DNA of 64,000 nucleotides from an uncultured Bacteroidota bacterium (lineage in GTDB: Bacteria > Bacteroidota > Bacteroidia > JABEUT01). Shown one piece after another: positions 37,701-46,740 of this stretch; the stretch's first letter is position 1, and every line of letters begins with the position of its first letter. Location of the stretch: NCBI GenBank assembly GCA_963767125.1, contig CAVYDB010000002.1, positions 71,991 through 135,990 of the forward strand, written 5' to 3'. Under the pieces are notes generated by a model. It ran no database searches, was not told where the DNA came from, and saw only the letters and a program-made list of their open reading frames with translations. The position numbers and the translations under genes are program-made.

Positions 37701-38166
37701 ATTTTCCAATGTAACAGGTGTTACCCCCGGGCAGAATTACCTTTTTCAAACTTTGGCCACACCCTTGAGGGGCTTTGACCAGAATGTTCGGAATGGCACA
37801 AATTTTATGCTTTACAACAGCGAATTAAGGTTTCCTATTTTCCGGTATTTGCTCAATCGCCCTATTAAGTCAGACTTTTTTAATAATTTCCAGCTGATTA
37901 CATTTGTAGATGTGGGAACCGCCTGGACAGGCGCAACACCATATACTACCGTTAATGCTATAAATACTACGGTAGCAGGCGCCCCCGGCAACCCTATTAC
38001 GGTGATTATTTCTACCCAGCAATATCCATTTGTAGAAGGCTTTGGTGAAGGGGTGAGGACCAGGATTTTAGGGTATTTCCTGAGGCTTGATGAGGCCTGG
38101 GGCATTAACAATGGCGTTATTTCAAGTTCCCCGGTTACCTATTTTTCATTCAGTTTAGATTTCTAA
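34771..38166 (+). CDS. Large envelope protein: N-terminal domain, PD40/TolB-like beta-propeller region and C-terminal beta-barrel-like domain
   Basis: 1131 aa with a TTG start in the ORF track. Propeller-like segments ('GRYVAYASNKLGQCRVWLYD', 'DGTKFVMSAIQDGESDIFLF', 'IIFSSNRPDD'). The C-terminal ~400 aa has alternating hydrophobic strands and ends 'YFSFSLDF'. Confidence 0.55.
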   Translation: MVEVYLLRRYSAAAFIILLFTCKGFCQFYTGSQMQFGKNRMKYEKFIWTYYSYPNYKVYFYQGGDRTAQYVGEKAAGFIRQICSDMDYQTDKEIEFIVYDKESEYAESNLGLSLDEDYNTGGENHIVSRKVVVYFDGDHRKLDEQIKLGIAEVVFREMMYGGSFTNVIKSSTLYTIPPWFEQGFVHYIASGWNTDIDGYVRDGIQSGRYKKFNHLTGVDATYAGVSIWNYIAQSYGESVIPQLLYIARNSRSIESAFLYSLGTSLKAFSNDWIGYYQTQYKKEISKDAVPKKQPVILNPGENTKYYRMEAGPEGRYVAYASNKLGQCRVWLYDNVTGKTKCILKQGQKIDRVYDYSYPLIAWHPSGELFSIIMESEGIEKLYTYTLSTHKLEWRRILNFQKITDFSYSDDGTKFVMSAIQDGESDIFLFTAGSNAYEQVTKDVYDDMSPRLIDHSTKIIFSSNRPDDTLRNGGDIHSMQSHYDIFEYNLLTHSRALTRITNTPDIDETFPVPYCPGYISYLSNAYGVVNRNIARIDSSISFVDTSAHYRYVVNSFNITDYSHNILEQDASPYMRYITEVFYKNGKYFLYKDTLPVRLASVPVLSPQPTSFMRQYLAIERRRKFDDSSARFTRRDTNSIIIKYSITPQKKEPVNPDTAKTTKADTTHQDLFRLPVNINSYSFDEPLTAPEKPSVKTIPPPAPVQNTINYPMIKPIGPTAKDSALAKHILSKENYHVSFKPSYIIAQLNNTYLSNFYIPYSPNAGSSLFDPGLGFNLSVNGLQDLFEDYSISGGVRMDFGLDNNNYYLSYEDRSGSLEKELIFQRGAFLGVSDGNYLANMYSLDATIKLKYPLSEVARIEGSAGILNEKNITLAEDITSLETPATTDYLPHLEMEYVYDATIPAGLNIYYGLRAKGFIQYYEDLNQAKAGTYVLGLDVRYYQKIHRELIWANRFSAGTSFGQEHVLYYMGGADGWFNPSFSNVTGVTPGQNYLFQTLATPLRGFDQNVRNGTNFMLYNSELRFPIFRYLLNRPIKSDFFNNFQLITFVDVGTAWTGATPYTTVNAINTTVAGAPGNPITVIISTQQYPFVEGFGEGVRTRILGYFLRLDEAWGINNGVISSSPVTYFSFSLDF

Positions 38167-38272
38167 CCAAAATAGGTTTAAATATTTCAATAGAAAGGAG
38201 TATTAGTCATAACGCATAACCAGTAATTAAAATACCACTACATTTGCCACTTATCATTAAAACAAATAACCT

Positions 38273-40000
38273 ATGAGAAAACTACTTTTTCTTTCTATTA
38301 CTGCTGTTTTGGCAGTAGCGGGCGACCGCATGAATGCCCAATGTACCATGACGGACACTGCTATCGTTACAGCCAATGTAAGATGTAACGGGGCAAATAC
38401 TGGCACCGATTCTGTTTCCGCTATTAGCGGAACATTACCATACACGTATATGTGGAGTGATGCCAACAGTCAAAATACTGCTACAGCCACCGGTTTAAGT
38501 GCCGGGACCTATTCTGTTTTAGTGACAGATAATAGCGGGTGTACTGCAACAGCTGCCAATATTATTATCCAGCCAAACCCGCTAAGCGCTTCGGCCACTG
38601 TTGTTACCAGTGTTAGTTGCCCCGGTTTCAGGAATGGAAGCGCCGAAGGATTTGCTTCAGGCGGAACATCTCCGTATCTTTATCAATGGAATAATGTGAA
38701 TGTTCAAACATCACAAACTGCCGGAGGATTAACCGCCGGTACATATTCTGTAACCATTACAGATTCCTGCGGCGCTATGGCGGTGGCTTCCATAGTTGTC
38801 ACACAACCTAATCCTTTGGTTGATTCTATAGTTGTAACTAACGTAAGTTGTTCAACTGCAAGTAACGGTAGCGCCACGGTAATTCCGGTGGGGGGAACAT
38901 ACCCTTTCACTTATTTGTGGAATGATGGTAACAGCCAAACAACGGCTGTTGCCAATGGGCTTAGTGCGGGCAGTTATACCATAACCGTTTCTGATTCTTG
39001 CGGAGGCTCTTCTACGGCTTCAGCTACTGTCGGACAGCCCAGTCCTTTGAATGCTATAACAATAGTGATAGCTAATGCCACCTGTAACCCTACCGGGTTA
39101 GATTCCGTATTTGCCAGCGGAGGGACTTCACCTTATACTTATCTGTGGAATGATGGGAGTAGCCAAACTACAGCTATTGCCGACGGACTTATTGCCGGAA
39201 ATTATACTGTTACTGTTTCTGATTCCTGCGGGAGCTCAACAACAGCTTCTGCTGTAATTACCCAACCGGCTTCCTTAAATATCACTACTTCAGTAACGGG
39301 TAATATTACCTGTAACGGTGCTAGCGATGGCAGCATTTCAGCATCTGCAAGCGGAGGTGTGGCTCCCTATACCTATTCCTGGTCGCCTACCGGGGGCACA
39401 AATGTAACTGCTACTGGCCTTAGTGCAGGGACATATACTGTAACCGTTACAGATATTAACGGGTGCAGTTCTACTGCCACTAAAGTGTTGGGTCAGCCAT
39501 CACTTATCGGGTTTACAATAACTGATTCTTCAAATGTAGTAGTCAGTAATGATACGGTTTGTAATGGAGCAATTCCGATGTTAGTTTATGGTGGTACGCC
39601 TCCCTATACTTATTTATGGAGCGGGGGACAAACAACAGATAGCATTGGAGGATTATGTTCTGACAGCATATATTGTTTAACGGCTAAGGATGCTAATGGT
39701 TGCACTGCAAGTACCTGTGTACAAATTATTGTTGCCGGGGTTCAAAATATTAGTAATGCTTCAAGCATAAAAGTTTATCCTGATCCTAACAATGGTTATT
39801 TTACTATTGCAGGAGTAACCCGTGGCCAGATTATTGTTCTTTATAATTATATGGGCGAGAAACTAAGCAGCATTACTGCAGGTAATTCTTCACCCGTGTA
39901 TTTTGATATATCCGGCAGGGCAAATGGAATCTACCTGATTAGGATTCAGACCAGCGACGGGGTATTAGTTACCCAGAAGAAAATGATTAAAGTGCAATAA
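38273..40000 (+). CDS. T9SS-secreted SprB-repeat surface protein
   Basis: 575 aa with a signal peptide and 6 'PYTY.W' SprB-type repeats. The C-terminus 'IKVYPDPNNGYFTI...GIYLIRIQTSDG' is a sorting-domain pattern. Confidence 0.8.
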   Translation: MRKLLFLSITAVLAVAGDRMNAQCTMTDTAIVTANVRCNGANTGTDSVSAISGTLPYTYMWSDANSQNTATATGLSAGTYSVLVTDNSGCTATAANIIIQPNPLSASATVVTSVSCPGFRNGSAEGFASGGTSPYLYQWNNVNVQTSQTAGGLTAGTYSVTITDSCGAMAVASIVVTQPNPLVDSIVVTNVSCSTASNGSATVIPVGGTYPFTYLWNDGNSQTTAVANGLSAGSYTITVSDSCGGSSTASATVGQPSPLNAITIVIANATCNPTGLDSVFASGGTSPYTYLWNDGSSQTTAIADGLIAGNYTVTVSDSCGSSTTASAVITQPASLNITTSVTGNITCNGASDGSISASASGGVAPYTYSWSPTGGTNVTATGLSAGTYTVTVTDINGCSSTATKVLGQPSLIGFTITDSSNVVVSNDTVCNGAIPMLVYGGTPPYTYLWSGGQTTDSIGGLCSDSIYCLTAKDANGCTASTCVQIIVAGVQNISNASSIKVYPDPNNGYFTIAGVTRGQIIVLYNYMGEKLSSITAGNSSPVYFDISGRANGIYLIRIQTSDGVLVTQKKMIKVQ

Positions 40001-40024
40001 AAATCATAGAGCTTACAAATGAAA

Positions 40025-40050
40025 GGAGGGTTAAATAACCCTCCTTTTTT
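40025..40050 (+). terminator. Rho-independent terminator
   Basis: GGAGGGTT-AAAT-AACCCTCC followed by T6. Confidence 0.75.
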
Positions 40051-40122
40051 ATTGTTTACTAATAAGACTGTTTGAAAATGCTTAATAAACGAAGGTAGTA
40101 GCGCTTATTAAATTCTATTTCT

Positions 40123-40210
<88 letters not shown>

Positions 40211-40534
40211 GGTAAGGGGCGCAAAGATAATATACCTATGTATTATAGATTCCTATATTTTCAAATAATTATATCCATCTATGGTTTTAGAGAACATTTC
40301 TCCTTTTATTATAGCGGAACAAGATTCAAATATTTCTGTGTAAATAATCTCATAAGCAGATAAGCCTTTGAAGATTTAACTTTACCACCTATTAAGCCGT
40401 TGGAGCTGATATATTCAGCTGCGTAGATATCTCCTGCCGTAAATAGTGTTTTTTAATATATAAACGTAAAAAGGCATGAATAAAGGAATCCTTAAAAACT
40501 CGTATATTAAATTATTCATCAGGAAAATACAAGT

Positions 40535-40625
40535 CAGGATTCGAATCCCCGAACCCAGTAAGGCTCAACGGTTTCTCCAAAGGAATTTATCCGGGGAAGA
40601 CAGCGACAATTGGTCGCTCGGTTAT
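40535..40625 (-). pseudogene. Decayed tRNA-Ser-like copy
   Basis: Matches the D-arm, anticodon stem, variable arm and T-arm of the neighbouring tRNA-Ser. It carries a ~21-nt insertion in the anticodon loop and has no pairing acceptor stem. Confidence 0.55.
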
Positions 40626-40647
40626 ATGTACCGAGTTCGTTAAAAGC

Positions 40648-40689
40648 AAAAAGTTCATAAAGTGAAAACTTTCACTTTATGAACTTTTT
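40648..40689. terminator. Bidirectional terminator-like 20-bp perfect inverted repeat
   Basis: AAAAAGTTCATAAAGTGAAA-AC-TTTCACTTTATGAACTTTTT has A/T runs on both sides. It lies just downstream of the minus-strand M13 peptidase stop at 40705. Confidence 0.7.
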
Positions 40690-40704
40690 GCTCCTTCGTG
40701 TCTG

Positions 40705-42732
40705 TTACCAGATAGAAACTCTTGTAGTGCTGTCCCTATACATTCCGTCACCGGATTTTACACCGAATGCTGTATAAAACTGGGGAAGGTCGGACAAAGG
40801 ACCATTCGCCCTGAACATGCCAGGGGAGTGTGGGTTATTTTCCATTTGCTGCCTGGCAAAAGCCGGGCGCAGTTCCGTTCTCCAAACTTGTGCAAAGGCA
40901 ATAAAGAAACGTTGGTCAGCAGTAAACCCGTCTTTTACAGGTTCAGGATGTTTTTTCATTTCCATTTGCAAGGCTTCGTAGGCTATAGTAATTCCACCAA
41001 GGTCTGCTGTGTTTTCACCTAAAGTAAGGTGACCGTTTACGTGCATAGAATCTAAAACATACCCATTAAACTGGTTAATTAAATTTCCCAGGCGGTTAAA
41101 GTAGTTTATGGAATCTTTATTTGTCCACCATTTACTCATGTTGCCTTCAGCATCGTATTGTGAACCCTGGTCATCAAATCCATGTGTCATTTCGTGACCG
41201 ATAACAGCGCCCATTCCACCATAATTCATGGCAACATCTCTGTTTGCATCAAAGAAAGGAAGTTGCATGATAGCAGCCGGGAAAACAATTTCATTAGCCG
41301 TTGGATTGTAATAAGCATTTACAGTTTGAGGAGACATTCCCCATTCTGTTTTATCAACAGGCTTGCCATATTTCTGAATATTGTAATTAAATTCAAATTC
41401 ATTTACACGCATCGCATTCAGTACCCATGCATCACGTTTAATCTGAAGCGAGGAATAATCTTTCCATTTGTCAGGATAGCAAAGCTTAAGGGTAACTTTA
41501 TCCAGTTTAGCAATAGCTTTTCTCTTGGTAGCAGTGTCCATCCAGGCGGCAGCATTAATCCGTACCTTGTAGGCAGCAATAATATTATGAACCATATCAT
41601 ACACCTTTTGTTTAGCTTCGGGACTAAAGTATTGTTTTACATAAAGCTGTCCTAATAATTCACCAAGTGCGCGGCTGGTAGCGTCAGACATGCGTTTCCA
41701 TCTTGCACGGGGCTGTTGCTGACCCATAAAGGTTCTTCCCCAAAAGTCGAAATAGATATTGTATATAGAATCACCAAGCATAGTAGCACTGCTGCTAAGC
41801 AAATGAAATTTCATATACGTTTTCCAGTCATCTAAAGAAACTGACTTTGTAAGGGTATCTAACTTGCTCATGAAAGCGGGTTCCCCAACCAAAGCAGTGT
41901 CAACGCCTTTTATTCCAAATGTATCGAAACAGGTTTTCCAGTCAATGTTTGTTGTCATAGCTGCCAATTGAGCCATCGACATTTTGTTATATTCAGCATG
42001 AACGTCTCTGCGTTCTTCCGGGGTTTTAGAACCCTTTGCCATTTCCGTTTCGATATTCATTACGGTTTGAATGTCTTTGGTAGCAGCAGCTTCATTTTCA
42101 TTCATCTGCATAAACATCTTTTTGCCATAATCTAAAAACGCCCCTCTTAGCATTTGCATCCTTGGATTATCAAGCAGGTAGTAAGTTTTATTAGGCAGTG
42201 ACATGCCTCCCTGACCAAATTCGCATACTTCTTTGGTGCTGATTTTATCATCGGGAGAAACACCAAAATCAAACATTACATCTGTTCCCATTTTGTCGAG
42301 ACGGGCAGCTTCACTCCATAACGATTGATTATCATGAATAGCGTCTATTTTTTTAAATTCATCCATCAGGGGAGTGACACCGGCTTTGGTCATCCCTGCA
42401 GAATCCATAGCAGTGGCAAAATAGTCTCCTATTTTTTGCTCTATGCTACCGGGAGTAGCCTGTTGTTTTGCAACGGCACGCAACATATCACGCAAACGAT
42501 ATGTAACTGTATCACGTACGATGTAAAAACTTCCCCATGCAGCCTCAGAAGCAGGAATAGGGTTATTCTTCACCCAATTTCCGTTCACATATTCATAAAA
42601 ATCATTAGCGGGGTTTACTGTAGTATCAAAATTCGCCTTGTTGATATTTGCCGGAAGATTATCAGGCTCACTACAAGATGAAATACCTAATGCAACACTT
42701 GCAAAAGATAGATAAAAAAATGCTTTTTTCAT
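40705..42732 (-). CDS. pepO: M13 family zinc metallopeptidase (PepO / endothelin-converting-enzyme-like), lipoprotein
   Basis: 'VIGHEMTHGFDD' (HExxH), 'NAYYNP', 'GENTADLGG', and the lipobox-like signal 'GISSC'. Confidence 0.9.
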   Translation of the reverse strand: MKKAFFYLSFASVALGISSCSEPDNLPANINKANFDTTVNPANDFYEYVNGNWVKNNPIPASEAAWGSFYIVRDTVTYRLRDMLRAVAKQQATPGSIEQKIGDYFATAMDSAGMTKAGVTPLMDEFKKIDAIHDNQSLWSEAARLDKMGTDVMFDFGVSPDDKISTKEVCEFGQGGMSLPNKTYYLLDNPRMQMLRGAFLDYGKKMFMQMNENEAAATKDIQTVMNIETEMAKGSKTPEERRDVHAEYNKMSMAQLAAMTTNIDWKTCFDTFGIKGVDTALVGEPAFMSKLDTLTKSVSLDDWKTYMKFHLLSSSATMLGDSIYNIYFDFWGRTFMGQQQPRARWKRMSDATSRALGELLGQLYVKQYFSPEAKQKVYDMVHNIIAAYKVRINAAAWMDTATKRKAIAKLDKVTLKLCYPDKWKDYSSLQIKRDAWVLNAMRVNEFEFNYNIQKYGKPVDKTEWGMSPQTVNAYYNPTANEIVFPAAIMQLPFFDANRDVAMNYGGMGAVIGHEMTHGFDDQGSQYDAEGNMSKWWTNKDSINYFNRLGNLINQFNGYVLDSMHVNGHLTLGENTADLGGITIAYEALQMEMKKHPEPVKDGFTADQRFFIAFAQVWRTELRPAFARQQMENNPHSPGMFRANGPLSDLPQFYTAFGVKSGDGMYRDSTTRVSIW

Positions 42733-42832
42733 GATTAAAAATTGAATAATTTAAATTTTAATGGGGCGCAAAGTTAAAAAAATTAGCAGTCAATTAGTTA
42801 ATTTTAACGTACAATTAACTTTTAACAGCTCA

Positions 42833-44875
42833 CTACCAAATAACAGCCCTCGAACTATCTGCTCTATACATTGCATCGCCGGGTTTTACACTAAATGCAG
42901 TATAAAACTCTTTCATGTCGGAGGTTGGACCATTTGCCCTGAATACTTCCGGGGAATGAGGGTCATTTTGTACTTGGCTTTTAACACTTTCAGGGCGATC
43001 ATTACTCCTCCATATCTGTGCAAATGAGATGAAAAACCTTTGTTCGGGGGTAAATCCGTCTTTCACTTCTTCAGGATGTTCTTTCATTTCATTTTGAAGT
43101 GCATAATAAGCAATGGTAATGCCGCCGAGGTCGGCTGTATTTTCTCCAATGGTAAGTTTTCCTTGTACATGAACTGAGTCAATGATATAATTATCAAACT
43201 GTTTTATCAAAACTCCGAGGTGTTTAAAATAGTTTACAGAATCTTTAATGGTCCACCATTTAATCATATTGCCACTGGCATCATATTGTGAACCCTGGTC
43301 ATCAAAACCGTGGGTCATTTCATGTCCTATAACTGCCCCAATGCCGCCATAGTTCATAGGAATATCCCTGTTTGGGTCAAAGAAAGGAGGTTGTAGAATA
43401 GCAGCAGGGAAAGTAATTTCGTTTTTAGTAGGGTTGTAATATGCATTGACGGTTTGAGGGGACATTCCCCATTCCGTTTTGTCAACCGGTTTGCCATATT
43501 TACTCATATTATAAGCTGTTTCAAATTCATTTACACGAATAGAATTAAGCACCCATGCATCTCTTTTTAATTGCAGTTTTGAATAATCTCTCCATTTGTC
43601 AGGATAGCAAAGTTTGAGCGTAACTTTATCTAATTTATCTAATGCAGCTTTTTTGGTGGCAGGGTCCATCCAATCAAGGTTATTAATTCTTTCCTTATAA
43701 GCTGCAATAAGATGTTGTACCATATCATATACTTTTTGTTTGGCTTCCGGGCTAAAGTATTTCTTTACATATAGTTGTCCTAACAATTCCCCCATGCTTC
43801 CGCTTGTATTGCCTACTACTCTTTTCCACATAGGCTCAATATGCTCCTGTCCGCCAAATGTGCGGTTCCAAAAATTGAAACTTATCATTTCAAGCGTATC
43901 TCCGAGTTTAGTGGCAAAATGGCTAACGAGGTGGTATTTCAAATAAACCTTCCAGTCATCAACGGAAGTTGACTTAACAACAGAATCAAGTTTCACAAAA
44001 AAACGGGGCATATTTACTATCACCGTATCAATATTGCTTAACCCAACACTATCCATACAGGTTTTCCATCCTATGGAAGGGGCAGTGGCAGTAAATTGTG
44101 CATAGGTCATTTTGTTATAAAGGGCATGTACATCTCTTTCTTCAATGGGCGACATAGCTCCTTTTGAAAGTTCTGTTTCAATAGCCATAACAGTATGAGC
44201 ATCTTTAGAAGCCTGGTCAGCATTTTCATGCATTTGCCCGAAAATATTTTTCAGGTAAACCATGTACTTATCTCTTATTTTTTGCATGGCTGAATCGGGA
44301 CTCAGGTAGTAAAATTTGTTAGGTAACGACATACCTCCCTGCGAAAAGGTAAGAGCCTCCTTATTAGAAATCTTTTGGTCAGCTTCTATATCAAAACCGA
44401 ACATAATATCGGGACCCATTTTAAGTAATCTTGCAGTTTCACTCCAGAATGAAGGCATATCCTTAATAGCATCTATTTTACCTAATTCATCATCTAAAGG
44501 ATGAATGCCGTCTTTGGTTGCTTTAACAGAGTCCATAGCCACAGCATAATAATCGCCTAATTTTTGTTCCATAGTGCCGGGTTGTGCCTGTTGAGATGCA
44601 GCATCCTGTAGTATAGTTTTCAATTGATCGAGAACACTATAATATAAAATGTCGAAACTTCCCCAGGTAGCCTGGTCAGAAGGGATAGGGTTGTTTTTCA
44701 ACCAGGAACCGTTTGCATACTTATAAAAATCTTGCTGGGGTTTTACGGTTGTATCAAAGTTTGCTTTGCTTATTCCCGTAGGCAACTTATCTGCACTATT
44801 AGTGCAAGAGGTATTAATAATTACTAAACCAGCTGCCAGGCAGCCGAACGAACTGAATATCAATGTTTTTTTCAT
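42833..44875 (-). CDS. M13 family zinc metallopeptidase, tandem paralog
   Basis: Same motifs ('VIGHEMTHGFDD', 'GENTADLGG'). I take the start at ATG 44875 ('MKKTLIFSSFGCLAAG'), because the longer ORF-track start would overlap lipB. Confidence 0.9.
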   Translation of the reverse strand: MKKTLIFSSFGCLAAGLVIINTSCTNSADKLPTGISKANFDTTVKPQQDFYKYANGSWLKNNPIPSDQATWGSFDILYYSVLDQLKTILQDAASQQAQPGTMEQKLGDYYAVAMDSVKATKDGIHPLDDELGKIDAIKDMPSFWSETARLLKMGPDIMFGFDIEADQKISNKEALTFSQGGMSLPNKFYYLSPDSAMQKIRDKYMVYLKNIFGQMHENADQASKDAHTVMAIETELSKGAMSPIEERDVHALYNKMTYAQFTATAPSIGWKTCMDSVGLSNIDTVIVNMPRFFVKLDSVVKSTSVDDWKVYLKYHLVSHFATKLGDTLEMISFNFWNRTFGGQEHIEPMWKRVVGNTSGSMGELLGQLYVKKYFSPEAKQKVYDMVQHLIAAYKERINNLDWMDPATKKAALDKLDKVTLKLCYPDKWRDYSKLQLKRDAWVLNSIRVNEFETAYNMSKYGKPVDKTEWGMSPQTVNAYYNPTKNEITFPAAILQPPFFDPNRDIPMNYGGIGAVIGHEMTHGFDDQGSQYDASGNMIKWWTIKDSVNYFKHLGVLIKQFDNYIIDSVHVQGKLTIGENTADLGGITIAYYALQNEMKEHPEEVKDGFTPEQRFFISFAQIWRSNDRPESVKSQVQNDPHSPEVFRANGPTSDMKEFYTAFSVKPGDAMYRADSSRAVIW

Positions 44876-44933
44876 ACGAAATTTTTTTAAGGGGCTGCAA
44901 ATATAAAAAAATATAGAAGATACAGTTAGAACT

Positions 44934-45683
44934 TTAACTAACTTTAGCAATCTCAAAAACCGTTGCAAGATATTGTTTGACACAATTTTTCACCTCTTCC
45001 ATATCCGGAATGGTTTTAAGCTCTTCAGCCATAGATGTTACTGCCTTATCGGTTATTCCGCAGGGCACAATTAATGAAAAATAATTCAAATCGGGATTCA
45101 CATTAAATGCCAAGCCATGCATGGTTACCCAATGGCTTGACCGTACCCCCATTGCACAAATTTTACGCACTTTCCCCGGATGCCCTACGTCTAGCCAAAC
45201 CCCTGTTGAGCCCGCTAATCTTTCCCCTTTTATTGCATAATCTGCCAATGTAAGAATCACCGCTTCTTCGAGGGTCCTCATATATTTATGAATATCGGTG
45301 AAAAAGTAATCCAGGTTAAAAATGGGATATACCACCAATTGTCCCGGACCATGATAGGTAATATCCCCGCCCCGGTTGATACGGTGATAGGCAATATTCC
45401 TTTTTTTTAGTTGCTCTTCATTTATGAGCAAGTTACTTTCAGAACCGCTTTTACCAAGTGTAAACACATGTGGGTGCTCGCAAAAAATGAGATAATTCCC
45501 CGTGGGTTCTTGTTGTTCCAAGGGAAGCCCCCTATTGGCTAATTTTTTATCTATTACTTCCCTGAAAAGCTTCTCCTGGAAATCCCAGGCTTCTTTATAA
45601 TCAATTAGTCCTAAGTCAATAAATTTTACGTTAGTGACGCTCCGGTCAACTTCAGAATTTTTGTCTGTAACGACGGAATTCAT
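44934..45683 (-). CDS. lipB: Octanoyltransferase (lipoyl(octanoyl) transferase)
   Basis: 'RGGDITYHGPGQLVVYPIF' and 'RKICAMGVR' are the LipB signature motifs. Confidence 0.9.
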   Translation of the reverse strand: MNSVVTDKNSEVDRSVTNVKFIDLGLIDYKEAWDFQEKLFREVIDKKLANRGLPLEQQEPTGNYLIFCEHPHVFTLGKSGSESNLLINEEQLKKRNIAYHRINRGGDITYHGPGQLVVYPIFNLDYFFTDIHKYMRTLEEAVILTLADYAIKGERLAGSTGVWLDVGHPGKVRKICAMGVRSSHWVTMHGLAFNVNPDLNYFSLIVPCGITDKAVTSMAEELKTIPDMEEVKNCVKQYLATVFEIAKVS

Positions 45684-46690
45684 TTGCTTGCCAGTTCCTG
45701 CTTTAAGTTATCGATTACTTTAATATCCATAGCGTCTACATTTCTTTCTTCGGAAAGAAAGAGGGAAATCCAATCGCCGAGGTGAATCCAATAAATTTTC
45801 TTTTCAATAACATTTTCTCCCTGGCTTGGTATTTCAATTATTTCAGAGGCATATTTATCAAATATATTCCGGCAAAAATCCATACGCAAAGCGTTACGGG
45901 GATTTTCGCCGGCATCTTTAAACAGCAGAACAACCGTATCGGGATATGGTTGGCTCCACCCTACTAATTCATTATGGTTCATTTCAGGAACTACATGATG
46001 CCAGGATAATATTTTGGCATTCTCATTTAACTGCTGCCTGAATCGTATGGCAATGCCTTCATGAAGGGCAGTACAATAAATAACCGGCAATTTGTGGTTT
46101 ATTTTCTTAGCAATGTGGCGGGCAGTATCCATTATTGTTTCCTTTCCTTTTATCAGCATTTCAGCCGCAGCAGCAATATCGGTAGTCTTTTTCGGGGACA
46201 AATGATAATAAGAAAGAATATGCAAAAGTTGGGTGAGGGAGTATCCCAAACAACTTCTTGGGGGCATTCCACCAGGTACGACTATAGAATCGTTCCCATC
46301 CTTTTTAGCTAATTCCAGTAATTTTCCGCCGGAAGTGATACAAACTATTTTTGCTTTTTGCTGTTGTGCTAAGGAATAGCATTCCAGCGTTTCCTCCGTA
46401 TTTCCGGAATAGGAAGAACAAACGATAAGGGTATGCTCATTTACATAAGAGGGGAGAGAGTAACTTTTTAAAACCTCAATGGGTACTGCACATTCATCAA
46501 ATAAAGTTTCCTTGACTATCGTTCCGCCAATACCGGAGCCCCCCAAGCCACAAATAATTACATTGGCAATAGGTTTTTGTAATGGAGACAGGTTGGCTTT
46601 ATTAGCAATTTCAACTGCTTCTTTCAGTTGGGCAGGGAACCCTTGTATCAAGTCTTTCATCATAAAGTTCGGGCGTAAATCTATTTGCAA
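45680..46690 (-). CDS. SIS-domain bifunctional phosphoglucose/phosphomannose isomerase-like protein
   Basis: 'ICGLGGSGIGG' and 'SSYSGNTEET' are SIS motifs. It overlaps the lipB start by 4 nt. Confidence 0.7.
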   Translation of the reverse strand: MQIDLRPNFMMKDLIQGFPAQLKEAVEIANKANLSPLQKPIANVIICGLGGSGIGGTIVKETLFDECAVPIEVLKSYSLPSYVNEHTLIVCSSYSGNTEETLECYSLAQQQKAKIVCITSGGKLLELAKKDGNDSIVVPGGMPPRSCLGYSLTQLLHILSYYHLSPKKTTDIAAAAEMLIKGKETIMDTARHIAKKINHKLPVIYCTALHEGIAIRFRQQLNENAKILSWHHVVPEMNHNELVGWSQPYPDTVVLLFKDAGENPRNALRMDFCRNIFDKYASEIIEIPSQGENVIEKKIYWIHLGDWISLFLSEERNVDAMDIKVIDNLKQELASK

Positions 46691-46740
46691 AAATAAGATT
46701 CTCCATTGAATTCAATGATAAAAGCATGTTTTCCTCTTTA

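Noticed and set aside
34822-38111. Assorted 60-100-aa ORFs inside the 1131-aa envelope protein gene (34822-35013, 34898-35197, 36534-36752, 37088-37291, 37812-38111)
   Set aside because: They are nested within a long, continuous ORF with a coherent domain structure, so they are likely chance ORFs.
40535-40625. Functional intron-containing tRNA, or tmRNA
   Set aside because: - The acceptor stem does not pair.
- The 21-nt insertion is too short for a group I intron.
- There is no tag-ORF or tmRNA-like pseudoknot context.
44876-44983. Over-extended start of the second M13 peptidase, overlapping lipB
   Set aside because: ATG 44875 gives a canonical lipoprotein-type signal peptide ('MKKTLIFSSFGC') and removes the 50-nt overlap with lipB.
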